Positions 52,270 to 64,000 of a stretch of DNA of 64,000 bases are shown here, in pieces (positions within the stretch are counted from its first letter, which is position 1; each line of letters opens with the position of its first letter). Under the pieces are notes generated by a model, which made no database searches, was not told the origin of the DNA, and saw nothing but the letters and a program-made list of their open reading frames with translations. The stretch comes from Octopus sinensis. Taxonomy: Eukaryota. Position numbers and translations under genes: made by a program. Where the stretch lies: contig NC_043002.1 in the NCBI RefSeq assembly GCF_006345805.1, positions 36,022,001 to 36,086,000 of the forward strand, read 5' to 3'.

Positions 52270-55200
52270 ATGTATATATATATATACACACACATATATT
52301 TATACACATATTACTAGCTATGTCTGTCTTTATGTATGCAGAGAGATTTCTAAATATGTAACTGAAAAATGTGTTGCTGCTTATTCCCACATAAACTATT
52401 TTGACTCCTTCAAGTTCTCTTCACTGATATAGTTATTCTAATGACTTTCTAAAATCATAGTGTTTTGATAGTTTGAAATTTTATCACAGGTGAACTGTGA
52501 GTATATTTGGTTAAAGTAAAAATGATTTAACAATTTTGATTGTTGAATTACAAATTGAAATTTACTTGTTCAAGACTCAAAATTGTAGTATTTTGTTTTC
52601 GGAGCAGAGCATATTTTAAAATTACATCCTTTACTTTTGACTGAATCACTCTCCTGTTCCTGGAGGTTCAACTATTTTTTTTTACACTAGGTCGCTTTAT
52701 CTCTTTTAAAATAAATTAAATGTTACTTGTGATTTGATTCAACATGATACCAAGTTATGCATACCACTTGGCAGTGTGAATATGAAAATAGTGAAAAACT
52801 TCTACAAACTTTTACTATTGTTAACTTTATGTTCTATATTACAGATTTAGATGAAATTTTCACCACTGTCTTTCAATATTTGGCTCAAATATTGTAACTG
52901 TCTCGGCACTTTACATTTATAAATAACTTTTACTCCTCTGGAATTGCCAGTTTATACATGCTCTTCTGTAAACTTTTTGTCTTTGCTTCTCTATGTTGTT
53001 AATCTCTAAAACATACTTCAAGCTACTCAGAATTATTTCCAAAAGATTACTCACTGCTTACTAATCTTGTATAAACAAAGCAAAGGACTAACTTTACTCT
53101 AAGAGCACCTCAATGGGTTTTAAACATATTGCTTTTCTATGCTATTGGATAGTATTGATCTTGTCTTTTGATCTGTTATGACTGAGACAGTGATTCAGTA
53201 TTTAGTAATTAGTTAAAAATTTCAGAAGATAGACTAGGTATTTCTTATGTTCAGAAATATGGAATCATATCCCAAGTATCTTCTGCATGTTGATATGCCT
53301 GAGCATTTATTCATTTATTTTGTGTTAAGAGAAGTGGTGCATTTCTACTGTATTTAACTGCAATATTTCCAAATGCTTCTATATTTTACAAATGATGCAC
53401 ATGTCTAAAGGTTTGATACCATATCAGTTTTCTATTTATTGAAGTTATGTAATCAAAAGTAAGGTTTATATTATACTTATTGGCCAGGAACTATGGCCTG
53501 TGGAAAATTTAGAAATTACTTGTCTATACTGTATAAAATGAAATAAGCCAGAGATGAGAGAAGTAGAATTTAAATGATGGACTCAGTTATTGCTGTTTTC
53601 TTAAATATATAAGTTATGCTATGCTCTGAAAACACCCCAAAATCCCTTACCCATATAATTCCACTCAAAAATGGCAGATGAGAAAATAGATGGTAAAACT
53701 GACGTGCTCTTGCTTTGAAAAGCTTCCATTCGAACAAATTACCATAAACTTCATTGCTCTGAGGAGGTTGAGTTTAAATGAAGCTTCATGCAGGACATGG
53801 GATTCCAATTCTAACTGGAGGTACTGTAAGAAAAACATTTTTTGTTCTTCAAACCTCAAAAAGCATGGAATAGTACGGAAAGCAGGTTTTAAATACTCTA
53901 CATTTCCTATTTTGATCATTTTTCTATAGTGATTCTTATCATTTCCTCTTGAATCTGATAAAAATACATTTAATCTGTGGGTGTTTTGAAAATCCTGCTT
54001 ATCTGTATTTCTCTATGCTATAAGAACTGTGATATATGTATATATATATATATATGTATGTACATATATATATTTATATATATATGTGTGTGTGTGTATG
54101 TATATATATATATATATAAAATATATATATATATATTTTTATGTTATGTTCATTGTTGTTTATTTTTTTAACAATATTTTTTTTACATATATATTTGTTT
54201 CTGACGCTGAGGGGCTGGGGTTTGCTAATTGTTTGCAATCTTCCATGTAGCCTATACAACCGGCCACAAGCGTGCTGCCAGAGTGTCCTTGATTCCTAAC
54301 TCTAATGGACAAAGTTCATGTTGAGAGCTGCTACTGGGCAGAGCAGCATGACAGGTTGTGAACCATTCTACGCACTAAAAAATATCTCACTCCTAATATT
54401 CTCATTATGAATATTTTGATTTGTTTACCAAATTGTAGAATTATTCATATAGAAAAATTCTTTGAATGTCATTTTTTTTTGGTTCACTTTTATAACTTTC
54501 TTTTTCTGTTCTTTACAAAAAAAATTCCAAAATCATTCTATATAAATGACAAAACAAGCAAAATATATTTGTATTTAAAATGAAAATATCTTCCAGTATA
54601 TAATTAGACAAAAATTTTTCACTCAGATCCATTGCTTGAGTTATTACCAAAACTCTTTTGAATGTAACAGGCTATTTTTCCCCAAGTTTTAGGTAGACAA
54701 ATTATTTTTTTAAGATTTAGCCTCTTTTTTTATTATTACATCCTTACTGAAGACTGAATTTAACATTACAATAGTAAAACAACAGTTAGTACTTAATATC
54801 AATATGAAGAATTCTACCAGTTGTGACCTAGACAACTTCCTTTTACACTTTTATTCTTATAAACAGAAAAAGGCATCTGAGACATCATTTGCTAATAGAT
54901 AGAAGCTTAGTCTAATAACCATTTACTTTTTTTTTCTTCTCCAATTGGTGATATTTGCTAAGTTGGTTTTTTTTTTCCTTTGAAACTAGTGTTGTTTGTT
55001 TATAACATTTAACATCAGTATATCCTAAACAACTCTATTTTCAGACCTTAGATCTTTTCAAGCGATATGTTAAAACAGATTACTAAACATGTTTAGAATG
55101 ATCAAATTTAACTAAACAAAAGAGTTTTGAGCTAATCACTCAGCAAACTATTGAGCAGTTATTTTATTAGTTATAATAAATTTTTATATATTTTGAATTT

Positions 55201-55446
55201 ATATGAATGATTTATTTTTTCTTTATTGCAGATTTTTATGTAAAAGTTATTTTATGCTCCTTAGAAAACAAATCTGATCCTAATTAAATTATTTAGATTA
55301 AGTTTTTATTTAAGTTTCTCTTGCTTCATGTAAAGTAAATGAAACAATTCTACTTTATAGTCATACTAAACTCCCTGGCAACTATCCTTTGCTAGTTTCT
55401 CTGTTCACTTGATTTTCCCCCCTATTGACACAAATACATATAATAT

Positions 55447-55498
<52 letters not shown>

Positions 55499-58400
55499 TG
55501 TGGTGTAAGTGGGATTACAAACCCATTTCTGAAGGTTGTATGTTGCCTGCCACATATTAAGAGGACTGTACTTGTCAAGGATTTGCATCGATAAACCACA
55601 TAGTATGTAGAATAAATATGGGTTTGTTATCCCAATTACTGCATATTAATATACTCATACATCAGACTTAGCATATTTCAACTGCAAACCTGTATCAGTC
55701 CTTTTTATTTTATTTTTGATACAAAAAAAAAAGAAACAAAAAGATTTTTTCAATGTACTTTTTTTTCACACAGGCATATGCACTACAGAAACACAAAAAA
55801 AAACATAATTATATACTCTTAGTATTTGAAGTATTTATGGTCATTTATTGTGTGTTGTGGGTGTGATTAAACAGAGATGTTTGCTTGCAAATTTGATGAA
55901 GTCATGTTTTCTTACTTTTACTTATATTTATAATTGTTGATATTGATACTATTAGACTTAAAGGTCTGGCACTAAAGTAATTTGGTTGTTATGTAAGAAC
56001 ATTATATATGGGGAGTGAGTGTGTGTGTACAATATATCCATAATGTATATATGAAGAGAAAGGATGGTTCAGTATGTACAGGGTGCAAGTTGTTCGATGT
56101 ACAAACATCACCTGCTCATTGGTGATAGTCAGACTGAATGTTTTCACTGGGCAAGTATTATAAGCTGAGGTATTTCATGCCAGTTAGAAAATGTTTAATA
56201 ATAGAGGAGCTTCACTGGAAGAATGTCAGGCAAAAATGTCAGTTCTACGAATTTGAATCAAAAGTTTCTTGTCTTATCTTTGTTCTTAACAGCATCTGTT
56301 CTCAATTTGTATCAGACTTTCAAGTTGGAGAAGGGATCATTGGGCTCTCTCACCATGCAATGTTTCAGTGCCTGATCGTTGTTGTTTAGTCCCATGTCAA
56401 TCTTGACTGAGCAGTTATATAGTCAAAGGTATTGGAGCATCCTGTCTTTTTTCTATATCTGGCAGAAAATTATCTGATCCGTATTATTTTTTTTTAAGAC
56501 AATAGACTGTGATTTGAGGGAAATATCACTGCTGTCTTCAGCAGGTTGCACAAAAACTGTGTATTGGTTTCTTTTGCTTACTGGTTGTTTGTTTACGGCA
56601 AGCATTATATTACAAAATGTTTTTAAAAGTTATTATTGGCGTTGTCATTAAGTATCCTTTGTCAAGTGTGCATGAGTTGACCTTTGACACTGTTGTGGTT
56701 AACTGAATGTTTCAGTTAATGTTTCAAGACATAAGCCATATAATTATTATAATGAAGCATGCTATTGTGTAACTTTTAACTTTTAGTGACTTAATCAAAA
56801 CATAATGACAATTTGGCTGCTTATGTTGAACAATTCAAGTTACTACTTAGAAACTTGTCATTGGTTGTTATTGTTTGTCCAGTAGCTATTTTGTTGTTGA
56901 CCTTTCCTTTTTTAAAGCAGTAGAGTGTAACTTCAGAGAGATTTAGTTGCCTTTTCTCAAATACACATCAAATGATCCCTGTAGATGTTCCTTCACTGGA
57001 ATAGTTAGAATAGTAAAATATACATGATTGTGGAGTGGCTTAAGTTGTTGAGTACAAGACAAACAATCTTAAATTATTTAATTTTGTTCTTTTACATTTT
57101 GTGTTCAAATCCTATCAGAGCCAATTTTTTCTTCATTCATGTAATTTCATTCAAAAGCAAACCATTCTTGAAAGGTATTAGGGTTGTTCACTATAGATCA
57201 ATGTTTGTCGGTTTTCATATATTCATTATACATATGCATACAAGATTTTACACACTCTTTCTCCCTCCCTCTTTATCCCTCACAAACACACACACATACA
57301 CACAGAAGATTAGTGTTGAGCATATATTAAAAGGTTTCTCATCATAAATTCTTATGTACTGTACAAATGTACAATACATAAGTATAATTAACACAGCTGT
57401 ACACATATGTGCACACTCACACACACTTAAAATCTTCTTTTAACTTCTCTGGTTTCCATATTGTTCAGAAGAGTCAGCTTCAGAAGCAAATAAATTGAAA
57501 TAGTTGTAGGAAAGGAGAAATGAGATAATTACATCTGTCACATTTCTTCTCACCTATTATGGCTATGGCCTTGTACCCTATCTTGCTGAATTAATTTTTT
57601 TTTCATTCCCCTCCCAACAAGTCTTGAAAACAATGGAAAGTCTTTGCAGAATATTTACGTCAAGAAAATATTAGATAATTTTTTTTTTTTAAAGATTCTT
57701 TCTTTTGTGTGTTTATGTTAATATATATGTGGCAAATAACAAGCAAAGTATGATTTTTTTTTGTGTGTGAGTGACAGCATGGGAGAGAGAAAGAAAGAGA
57801 TTGCAGGTGTTTGCATCCAAGGGAAAATATGCGTGTGAGTGGGGGGAGGGTACATTAAGAAGATAATTTGTCTGTGTAACTGTATGTACACATATACAAC
57901 AAATGGAGTGTCTGTTAAATCTTCAGTCATCCAAGCCTGACCTGGTAGCAAGGAAATAGCAACAATCACTTCATTTTGAATCACTGTGCCTGAAAGAGAG
58001 AAGGAAGTAAGAGAGAGAGAGAGAGAATAACAAGAAGAAAAAAAAACCGCAAAATCAAAAGAGAGATGAATATTACAATATAGTCCAAGTTTTCTTCTTG
58101 ATCTTGCTTAAAGTTCCATGACCAAGAATTATCTCTGTGTGTGTGTGTACATGCATTAAATATATTCACAGATATGTATGTATGCAAAAGAAAAACGTGT
58201 GTGCACGCATGCATGCATGTGTGTATATTGAGTTGAATAGGACTTCAAGTTTTACCTGTAACAGTTTATTCAACCAGTCTGAGTGAATAAACAACTGGAG
58301 GCAAAACTTGAAATCACCTTGCCTCGGCCCAGTAGCTATTATAAATTTGATTCTATTAGAAGTATTGAATCCTTTCATAAAGACTTTATTTATGAATGTG

Positions 58401-58616
58401 TATGCATGTATACATATATATATCTATTTATGTGTGTATGTATATGTATGTATGTATGTACAGATAGATAGATAGATAGATAGGTAGTAATAATAAGGTT
58501 AATCATATGAAACAAAGGAATTGTTCCTTATTACCAATATACTTTTCTGTAAACTACCCAAAACTTTTTATCCCTATGTATGTGCATACCTACATTTGTT
58601 TGTTCGTTTGTTCATT

Positions 58617-59060
58617 CATCATTACCATTTTAATATCCACTTTTCCATGTGTGTATGGATTAGACAGAATTCATTGAGGTAGAATTTTCTATGGCCAGAT
58701 GCCCTTCCTGTTGTTGGTCTTCACATGTTTCCAAAGAAGGTGATATTGCTCCATGCCCAAACAAGTTTTTACAGAAGAATGGAAATGAATGACACCACTT
58801 GTATGAACATGACATTCATTTACAATTATTGTACAATGTGAAAACAGGGAGGAACTAAAACGTATACACCCATGCACCTATGTGTATGTATATATAGGTT
58901 TCTTTCAGTTTCCTTCTACCAAATCTGCTGACAAGGCTTTGTTTGATTCAAGCCTGTAATAGAAGACACTTGCTCAAGGTGCCATGCTATTTAATGGGAT
59001 TGAACTTGAAACCACATAGTTGAGAAGCAAACTATTTAACCATGGAGACACACTTGTGCC
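58617..59060 (-). mobile_element. S2 SINE, near full-length
   Basis: Tail CCACTTTTCCATG...GATGCCCTTCCTGT, CORE-like GAAGACACTTGCTCAAGGTG and head GGGATTGAAC. Confidence 0.7.
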
Positions 59061-59109
59061 TGTACATGCTCACACATGTACAGCACACACACGTCTATGT
59101 ATTTCTTGT

Positions 59110-59340
59110 ATTGACATTACATAATAGTTCTGAACAAGTGTAACCATCATATTAGTAATGTCTTTTGTTTCAATCTTCTGTGTGGACATGTTCAGCTATG
59201 GGGGAGTATTACTTAGTTTGGAAATAGGTTAGGTAAGACAACAGGTAGGACATCTAGCCATAGAAAATCTGTGTCAACAAATTCTGTTTGCCATTTGCCA
59301 GCATGGAAAAGTGGACATTAAAATGATGAGGAGGATGAGA
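59110..59340 (+). mobile_element. S2/RTE-type tail fragment, inverted relative to 58617-58880
   Basis: TTTGGAAATAGG...CAGGTAGGACATCTAGCCATAGAAAATC...GCATGGAAAAGTGGACATTAAAATGATGAGG. Confidence 0.7.
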
Positions 59341-60391
59341 CTTATATATTCCCCAAAATATTTAAATACTTGATCCTAGGCTTACAGAAATTGTCATTTC
59401 AACAAGTTTCTGTTGAAATGTTGCAGGGTTTAAACAAGTGTAGGCAGTAACAAGTCTGCATGGTAACTGTAACTTTAGTTCTATCCTATATATAATGTAG
59501 CCCCCTGCCACACACACTTATACTAGAGAGAGTAAGGGAGGGAGGGAGGGAGAGAGAGAGAGATTAGCTTGGAAATTTATCACTCAGCTAAGAGAAGTTA
59601 GTAAACATTTTCCAAAATGGTTTCATAAAAGACCTCTATATATATATATTCATATATTTTGGTCATCTGATAATAATTTGGATTATGTCACAAATGTCTC
59701 TCTTGAAGATATTATCTAACTAATCAATGAAAATTTGAGTAACAACATTGCCAGTCATGGACAGTATGTGAATCATATACTTCACTCTTTGCCTTGAAGT
59801 TTCTTGGCTTGTCCCATCTTATGTACATTAAATAGTGTGTGTGTGTGTAAGTGTACACATACATATGTGCATGTGACTGCACGCACACATATATGTATTG
59901 CTCACACTAATTTAAATTTATTTGCATTGACCAAGGTTCATTTACTAAAATATATATAGACAAACATGAGAGAAAAATAGAAAGAGTGAGAGAGAGAGAG
60001 AGAGCACTGGGAGAGAAATCACACAGAAATACTTCAGAAAACTCACAATTTCCTTTTTTTTTTTTACTTTTTCTTTTTCCCAAAACAAAAGCTTTGAAAA
60101 GAAATTTTTTTAATGAATTTAATTCCTTTTTTTGAAATTTTATCCCTCAAAAAATTGGGGGCAAATGGAAAAAAATCCTTCAACTTTTTTACATTCATTC
60201 CTTGAAGAAGACTCTCCTAAACAGTATGGTTATTTTTATTATTATTAAATTTTTTTTTCTATTATTGTTTAGCTGATAGGCTGTTACTCATTACCTTATT
60301 GATTTTTCTCTTCCTTGCCCCTCTTAGATTATATATTCTTGCATCTCTTTACTTTGGCACCTTAAACTATTCTTCATTTCTAACATTTCAG

Positions 60392-60472
60392 TGGAACCAC
60401 TCCCTAAGACAGAAACCCCAATGGAAGTAGAACCACCCCAGTTACAGCCAATGCCTATTGGTCAGAATATAA
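60392..60472 (+). CDS. NFAT5: NFAT5-like exon H (81 nt, phase 1-1): (L)EPLPKTETPMEVEPPQLQPMPIGQNI
   Basis: Branch-like ctaac plus atttcag|, donor A|gtaagt. Open in the required phase. TPMEV resembles the recalled post-IPT motif of vertebrate NFAT5. Confidence 0.78.
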
Positions 60473-62889
60473 GTAAGTGTAATTTTGTTGTGTTATTGTC
60501 TGTTATGTGTTTGTTAGCATGTTTTTAAATCATTCACTAGGCACCTATTAAAGGATATTTTTTTCCTGTTTTGATCCTCACATTCCAGTTATCTCTGTTA
60601 CATGATTTTATATTTAGATAATTTCTAAAATTCTTTTAGTTAGGACTGATACTTTGATTAAATGGGACTTCCTCTTCTTCTGGTCATTGATAATAATGTC
60701 TGACTGACTTAACTTGAACAATCTATGTGGATTGGCATATCATCAAGTAACAGATGCTTTGTCCAGTCTCTTAGACCTATTCTGGTGATATTTCATAATG
60801 CTGGCCTAATTTCTTGTGTATAAAAGCCCTCAACTCTGTCTTGCTTATATATATATATATGTGTGCATGTGTATGTACATATGTGTGTATTCTTAGCTAA
60901 GACAAGACAGCCACATGCCATTATTATTATTATTTGACATCCTATACTATAGAAGTATAGGATGTCAAAGTACCTAATCAAAACATCCACCCAAAGATTT
61001 CCAGTAAAATCAACAATTAAGAATGTTTAAATAAATCAGAGACAAAAGAATTTTGAGGGGACTTTCAAGATCCCACTGCCAAGAAGCTTGGATTACCTAT
61101 TCATCCTGAACCTTCTGTTGTAAGTCTGTGATCCTGGACATAAACTACAGAAAATATGGTCCTTCTATTTAGTGGCTTATTTATGCATGATTCAGTCAGA
61201 GTGTCCAAATTTTATCAGACATCTAAAAACCTTCTTGAGAACATGTTGCTCATTAGAGTCAGTGGAACGTAGGAATGATATCTTAGAAGCTTGCTGGGAT
61301 TGTTTGGGAGCACTTAATAGGCAAGTGGTGTGTAGAAGTCTCACAACTTTGCTTAAGTAGTTCCTACTCTCTGTCAGATACCAACAAGATTTTCTGTATC
61401 AACTAATGCAGATATAGACTCAATCAGTGCCCAAGTATTACTAGCTTGTGGAATTCTGTTGAACAGCCATTGTTTTGGATGGATCTAGAATAAGCCAAGT
61501 CTAATGTGAAGGTTAACCTAGATGCCGTGCTTTCTCACAGGAGGGCAGACATCTTTCCTTTCTTGTCTGGTAGTGTGGTGGTAGATATTAAATGATCTGC
61601 AGGGAAACACTTCCCTCACTTGGAATGGAACCTGAGGATAGAAAGAAAAATGCTACCTTCCAATAAATTTGCAAAAAGTTGGGTGAAGGTGATGAACATG
61701 ATATGAGTGAATGAACTCTCAGTATATGCTTGTAAGACAAGACAGAAGCTGAGAGAGTGAGAGAGTACATATCTTGGTTGTCAAAGTAATCCAGGATATA
61801 TAACATTTATCCATAGGCCCCAGGTGGGTGTCCCCTATTGGGATGTTTTCTTGCTTATTTATATCGTGTTTTCATGGCTGTTTCTCTCGTGATTATTTCT
61901 ATTAACTAGCTTTCATTTTTCATGTAATCTGTGATGTCACCTCATCTGTCAACTTCATGGAAAAATTTTTAATCTTCATCATCATCATCATCATCATTAT
62001 CAGTAGTAGTAGTAGTAGTAGCATTGTTGTTGTTGTTTGTATTATTATTTTTTCTGTATGAGAACGTCAATCAATCAATAATCACTACTTAATTTAATCA
62101 ACCACTTTATACTAAGAAGATTAGAGCAACTAAGTAATAATTTTGCCTCAGGAAGCAGTAATAAAGTCTTGCTGGAACAAAATGTGTTTACTATTACACT
62201 GCCTTGTCTTTTCTGCAGTAATCAGCAAAACATTCAATCTATGGTCAACCTGCTCTCATTAATACATTGCATATCATACAACCAACTCTACATTGTAGAT
62301 CATATAAATTACTTAAATTATATAACATCAATGTCTAATGTAGAAAAAAAAACCAGAATGTTCATACTTTACCTAGTACTCATTCTCCAAAGAAAAGCCC
62401 AAATTCTGATATTTTCATAGAAAATTTAGAATCCTTTAAAAAACATTTTAAAATTCCAACCCATTTCCTGAAAATGTATGTTGCTGCTCAAAATGTTAGA
62501 ATTTTCATCTCAACTGCTTGCATCAATTTTAAAAATTTTATTAAGCTAACTTTTATTGCTGCATTAACATGACTAATCTCTTTAGATTTTTGTGTTACTT
62601 TTGGAAGAATAATATTTTCAATTTTAATGGTTTGATTACCATATGTATCCTTGAGTAGTACTAACCAGCACTACTGAATCAATGTTTTGAAATCAAAGCC
62701 TTGTGTGTTTGTGTTCATAATAGCTTAACCTTACTTAACAGTGTTTTGTAAAAAATTATATATTATTCTGTAGCAGGGTAACATAAATGTGTAGTTCATA
62801 CAACTATAGAGAGGCTCTGTGTGAGCTGTGGTTGATTTTTTATACTATCTTTTTTTTTTTTTATTGTGATTCTATCTTTTGTATTGCAG

Positions 62890-63790
62890 CTGAGGTTTTT
62901 CGGTTGCTGCAACAGAACTCGCAGACATCTGGATTACAAGTTCCACCTGAACTGATATTGTCGAATCTGTTCCCTTCAACCAATGGTGTAGTGCCAGTAC
63001 CATCCAGTTTTCCAGATCAAGAATCCACTACTGACACAAAGTGTGCTTTCCCTTCATCCTTTCATGAACAGAGCCATCCGTCTGAAAATTTTCCTTCCCA
63101 ACTTGATTCCTCTAGCCATTTTCATTCACAGACTTCTCTTCAAAACTCCCCAGTCCAGTCCCCCCAGCAGATTCATTCAAATATTTCGTTCCAGTCCACT
63201 AATCTTCCCCAGTCATCATCAGATCACAATTTCCAGACCACCAGTCAGCTCCAGCCATCAACTGATGCCTTTTTGTCTTCTACGCGCATGGCATCTGACC
63301 AGTTACTGTCATCTTCATCGATGGGTGCCACAGCAATGGAGATGCACACCAGTGAGGACTTCCAGAACCAGGCACAGCAACTGCAGCAGACAACAGCCAC
63401 CTCACATCAACAACTGAACAATTCTTCAACTGATTATCAGTCTGCAGCAGAGATGGTTGAATCTTCAGCTGTTAAAGCCACGCCCATGTTAACAAACAGT
63501 TCTACACCCCAGTTTCAATCACAATCGCTCTATCATGAAGCTGCTACTGCATTACTACAACAACAACAACAACAACAACAGCAACAACAACAACAACAAC
63601 AGCAGCAGCAGCAACAACAGCTGCAGCAGCAGCAACAACAGCAGCTTCATCAACAACAACAGCTTCATCAGCATCAACAACAGCAACAGTTGCAACAACA
63701 ACAACAGCAGCACCAACAACAACAACAGCAACAACAAATACAGCAACAGCTGCAACAGCAACAACACAACAACAACAACAGCAGCAGCAA

Positions 63791-63825
<35 letters not shown>

Positions 63826-64000
63826 ACAACCACAACAGCAGCAACCACAACCGCAACAAACACTCCACAATAGTTCACCATTAAGTCAGCCTAATAGTCA
63901 TATTCAGTTTAATCCTGCTCAACAGTCCAACCCACCTCTTCATCATGTGAGCAATGTGTCTGACTTGTTACCAATTCAGGTGTCGCCTCCAGACCAATTT
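62890..64000 (+). CDS. NFAT5: NFAT5-like exon I: S/Q-rich transactivation region with polyQ; apparent 1-nt frameshift at about 63765; runs off the window
   Basis: tgtattgcag|CT in phase 1; within the 365-aa ORF 62787-63884. After CA at 63765-66 the CAA/CAG register moves to a frame (from 63767) that stays open for 78 codons to the window end. Confidence 0.88.
63558..63859 (+). repeat. Coding (CAA/CAG)n polyglutamine tract, about 100 codons with L/H/I/P interruptions
   Basis: 69 codons before the register shift and 31 after it. Confidence 0.95.

Noticed and set aside
53665-53929. Overlapping 84/79-aa ORFs on both strands
   Set aside because: No recognisable motif or splice signals in phase with the gene.
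63043-63881. Alternative-frame and antisense ORFs (poly-N, poly-L, poly-C, poly-V)
   Set aside because: Shadows of the CAA/CAG repeat in the NFAT5 exon.

Overview
AT-rich, microsatellite-dense animal genomic DNA. The repeat families and composition point to a coleoid cephalopod, most likely Octopus (inference from recalled repeat families). The window is almost entirely the + strand body of one NFAT5/TonEBP-like gene. I can chain nine coding exons with canonical GT-AG sites and fully consistent phases: 9008-9079, 9266-10052, 19987-20224, 21249-21439, 22966-23138, 23970-24160, 32764-32887, 60392-60472 and 62890->64000. They encode an S/P-rich N-terminal region, a Rel-homology domain ([12 protein letters not shown]), an IPT/TIG domain and a roughly 100-codon polyQ tract that carries an apparent 1-nt frameshift at about 63765. 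The start and stop codons lie outside the window or were not recognised. The introns hold many transposon remnants: two mariners (one with an inverted 5-prime arm), a deleted Tc1, a piggyBac-type MITE, RTE LINE fragments, two R4/Dong-like 3-prime ends in (TAA)n, many tRNA-derived SINEs, and a Penelope-like element. That element has a GIY-YIG remnant, inverted pseudo-LTRs, hammerhead-like motifs and a nested 8-bp-TSD MITE. No CRISPR array, rRNA or true tRNA gene was found. I see no clearly new multi-gene system. The best leads are RNA-level: a sense-strand hammerhead-like motif, long intronic dsRNA arms, an in-frame circRNA architecture and a candidate alternative exon. All repeat family assignments rest on manual translation and recalled consensus motifs, not database searches.
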